Positions 63,023-64,000 of a DNA stretch of 64,000 nt are shown piece after piece. Under the pieces are notes generated by a model that saw only the letters and a program-made list of their open reading frames with translations, had not been told where the DNA came from and searched no databases. The stretch comes from Planctomycetota bacterium (GTDB lineage: Bacteria > Planctomycetota > Phycisphaerae > Sedimentisphaerales > Anaerobacaceae): the NCBI GenBank assembly GCA_013349615.1, contig DUZJ01000001.1, positions 5,110 through 69,109 of the forward strand, in the 5' to 3' direction. The translations under genes and the position numbers were made by a program. Numbering within the stretch: the first letter of the stretch is position 1; every line of letters starts with the position of its first letter.

Positions 63023-63094
63023 GCCACGAAGACACAAAGGCACAAAGAAATTAACAAGTAGAATTAAAACTTTAGTGCCTTGGCGCCTTTGTGG
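63023..63094. repeat. Member of the same word-repeat palindrome family as 34505-34639
   Basis: GCCACGAAGACACAAAGGCACAAAGAAA (63023-63050) matches the reverse complement of 34612-34639 at 27 of 28 positions. A partner arm CTTTAGTGCCTTGGCGCCTTTGTGG follows. Confidence 0.65.
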
Positions 63095-63122
63095 TAAAAA
63101 AAAGAAGTGGAGACCCAGCATT

Positions 63123-64000
63123 ATGGCAAAGGGACATAAACAAACCAACTTACAAGGTCTTCCCGCCTGTGCAGCAGAGTTTATTAAGCTTGTCATTAAA
63201 AAGATGCGGTACCGCAAAAAGGTCCGGCGGGATGTACAGGCAGAATTAGCAGCGCACTTTGAAGACGACCTAAAAGATTGTAAAACCGATGAGCAAAGAG
63301 AGCAGAAAGCCCGGGAGCTTGTCGGTAGTTTCGGCGATGTGAAACTGCTTGCTATTTTATTGCGCCGGGCCAAAAAGCGCTGCCGGCCGCTGTGGCGTAA
63401 AGTCCTCGTGCGTGGTTTTCAAGTAGTTGGAGTAGTTATTTTATATATTCTGATATGTTCTGCACCGCTGTTCGTAGGCAGGCCGAATGTTTCCGTCAAT
63501 TACGTTGACTGGCTTAATGACAAGGCTAAAGCGGGCAGAGATGAGTCGGAGAATGCATATCCATACTATGAAAGAGCTGTTGCGGCATGTGTGAAAATGC
63601 CGGACGTGTTAATAAAGAGTAAGGTTAAATGGCCGACTGATTTTAATGACATTGAAATGCAGCAACTGTTGCTATGGATTAATGACAATAACAAAGCCCT
63701 TGAACTGATGATAGAGGGCGCTAAAAGACCGCACTATTGGGCAGTTCACAGCTCTGCGGAGGCCGATTTTTTCAAAGGAGCCGTAATAGATGATGCTCTT
63801 ATGGAGAATCTTTCCGGCTACAGGGTTGTTGCCCGCGCTTTGAATTGGCGCAGCCGATATAAAGCGTACGAAGAAAATGTAGAATCGGCCCTTGAAGATT
63901 GTGTTTCGTTGGTAAAATTCGGCAGGCACCAGCAAGGTAAAGGCCTGTTGATTGAACAGTTAGTGGGTATCGCAGTTGAGGCTCTTGCTCATGGCTCGAT
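63123..64000 (+). CDS. PadR-associated membrane protein (5' part; continues beyond the window)
   Basis: Not in the ORF track (open at the edge). My translation from the ATG at 63123: MAKGHKQTNLQGLPACAAEFIKLVIKKMRYRKKVRRDVQAELAAHFEDDL.., one TM (VVGVVILYILICSAPLF), then a helical domain. The N-terminus resembles the 'permease prefix' region commonly encoded after PadR genes. Confidence 0.6.
   Translation, partial: MAKGHKQTNLQGLPACAAEFIKLVIKKMRYRKKVRRDVQAELAAHFEDDLKDCKTDEQREQKARELVGSFGDVKLLAILLRRAKKRCRPLWRKVLVRGFQVVGVVILYILICSAPLFVGRPNVSVNYVDWLNDKAKAGRDESENAYPYYERAVAACVKMPDVLIKSKVKWPTDFNDIEMQQLLLWINDNNKALELMIEGAKRPHYWAVHSSAEADFFKGAVIDDALMENLSGYRVVARALNWRSRYKAYEENVESALEDCVSLVKFGRHQQGKGLLIEQLVGIAVEALAHGS

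Overview
This is a 64-kb chromosomal segment with about 60 protein genes, 4 tRNAs, and no rRNA or CRISPR array. All functional calls come from reading motifs in the supplied translations; no searches were run.

Lineage (inference only): probably a PVC-superphylum bacterium, Planctomycetota/Phycisphaerae-like. The evidence is an H-X9-DG pseudopilin-type protein, dockerin-like secretion tails, and a truncated dcw cluster without mur/ftsW/ftsZ alongside a complete mreBCD-mrdA set.

Most of the window is housekeeping:
- xthA (partial) and a carbohydrate-active cluster (ThuA-like, GH5, DUF1028, GT4 fusion).
- A sulfur/Fe-S supraoperon headed by an Rrf2 regulator (cysK-cysE-nadA-metY-nifU-nifS).
- An Asp/Glu-family racemase and proBA.
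- mraZ-rsmH-LysM-ftsL-ftsI.
- A long co-directional minus-strand string: mrdA, mreD, mreC, mreB, a small TM protein, a coiled-coil protein, HEAT-repeat genes, and lnt.
- tig-clpP-clpP, pcm, a Wzz/GumC-like protein, an EamA transporter, GH32, and a PadR pair.

The stand-out is a two-gene module at 41.6-46.3 kb. It encodes a 1211-aa protein-kinase-like / ORC-Cdc6-type P-loop NTPase / unknown C-terminal domain fusion. An orphan beta-class DNA methyltransferase follows, with no restriction nuclease nearby. I propose it as a compact, apparently undescribed Pgl/BREX-type-2-like conflict (defence) system.

Other notable points:
- A tandem duplication of a four-CBS-domain gene plus its leader lies next to the module.
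- A family of word-repeat, imperfect-palindrome elements fills every spacer of the mre operon, and similar low-complexity words appear in-frame inside mrdA.
- A displaced duplicate of the nifS 3' end marks an insertion scar.
- A HEAT-repeat gene is split by a 1-nt frameshift.
- An integrase N-terminal fragment lies beside tRNA-Ser.
- There is a secreted protein built from three ~180-aa repeats.
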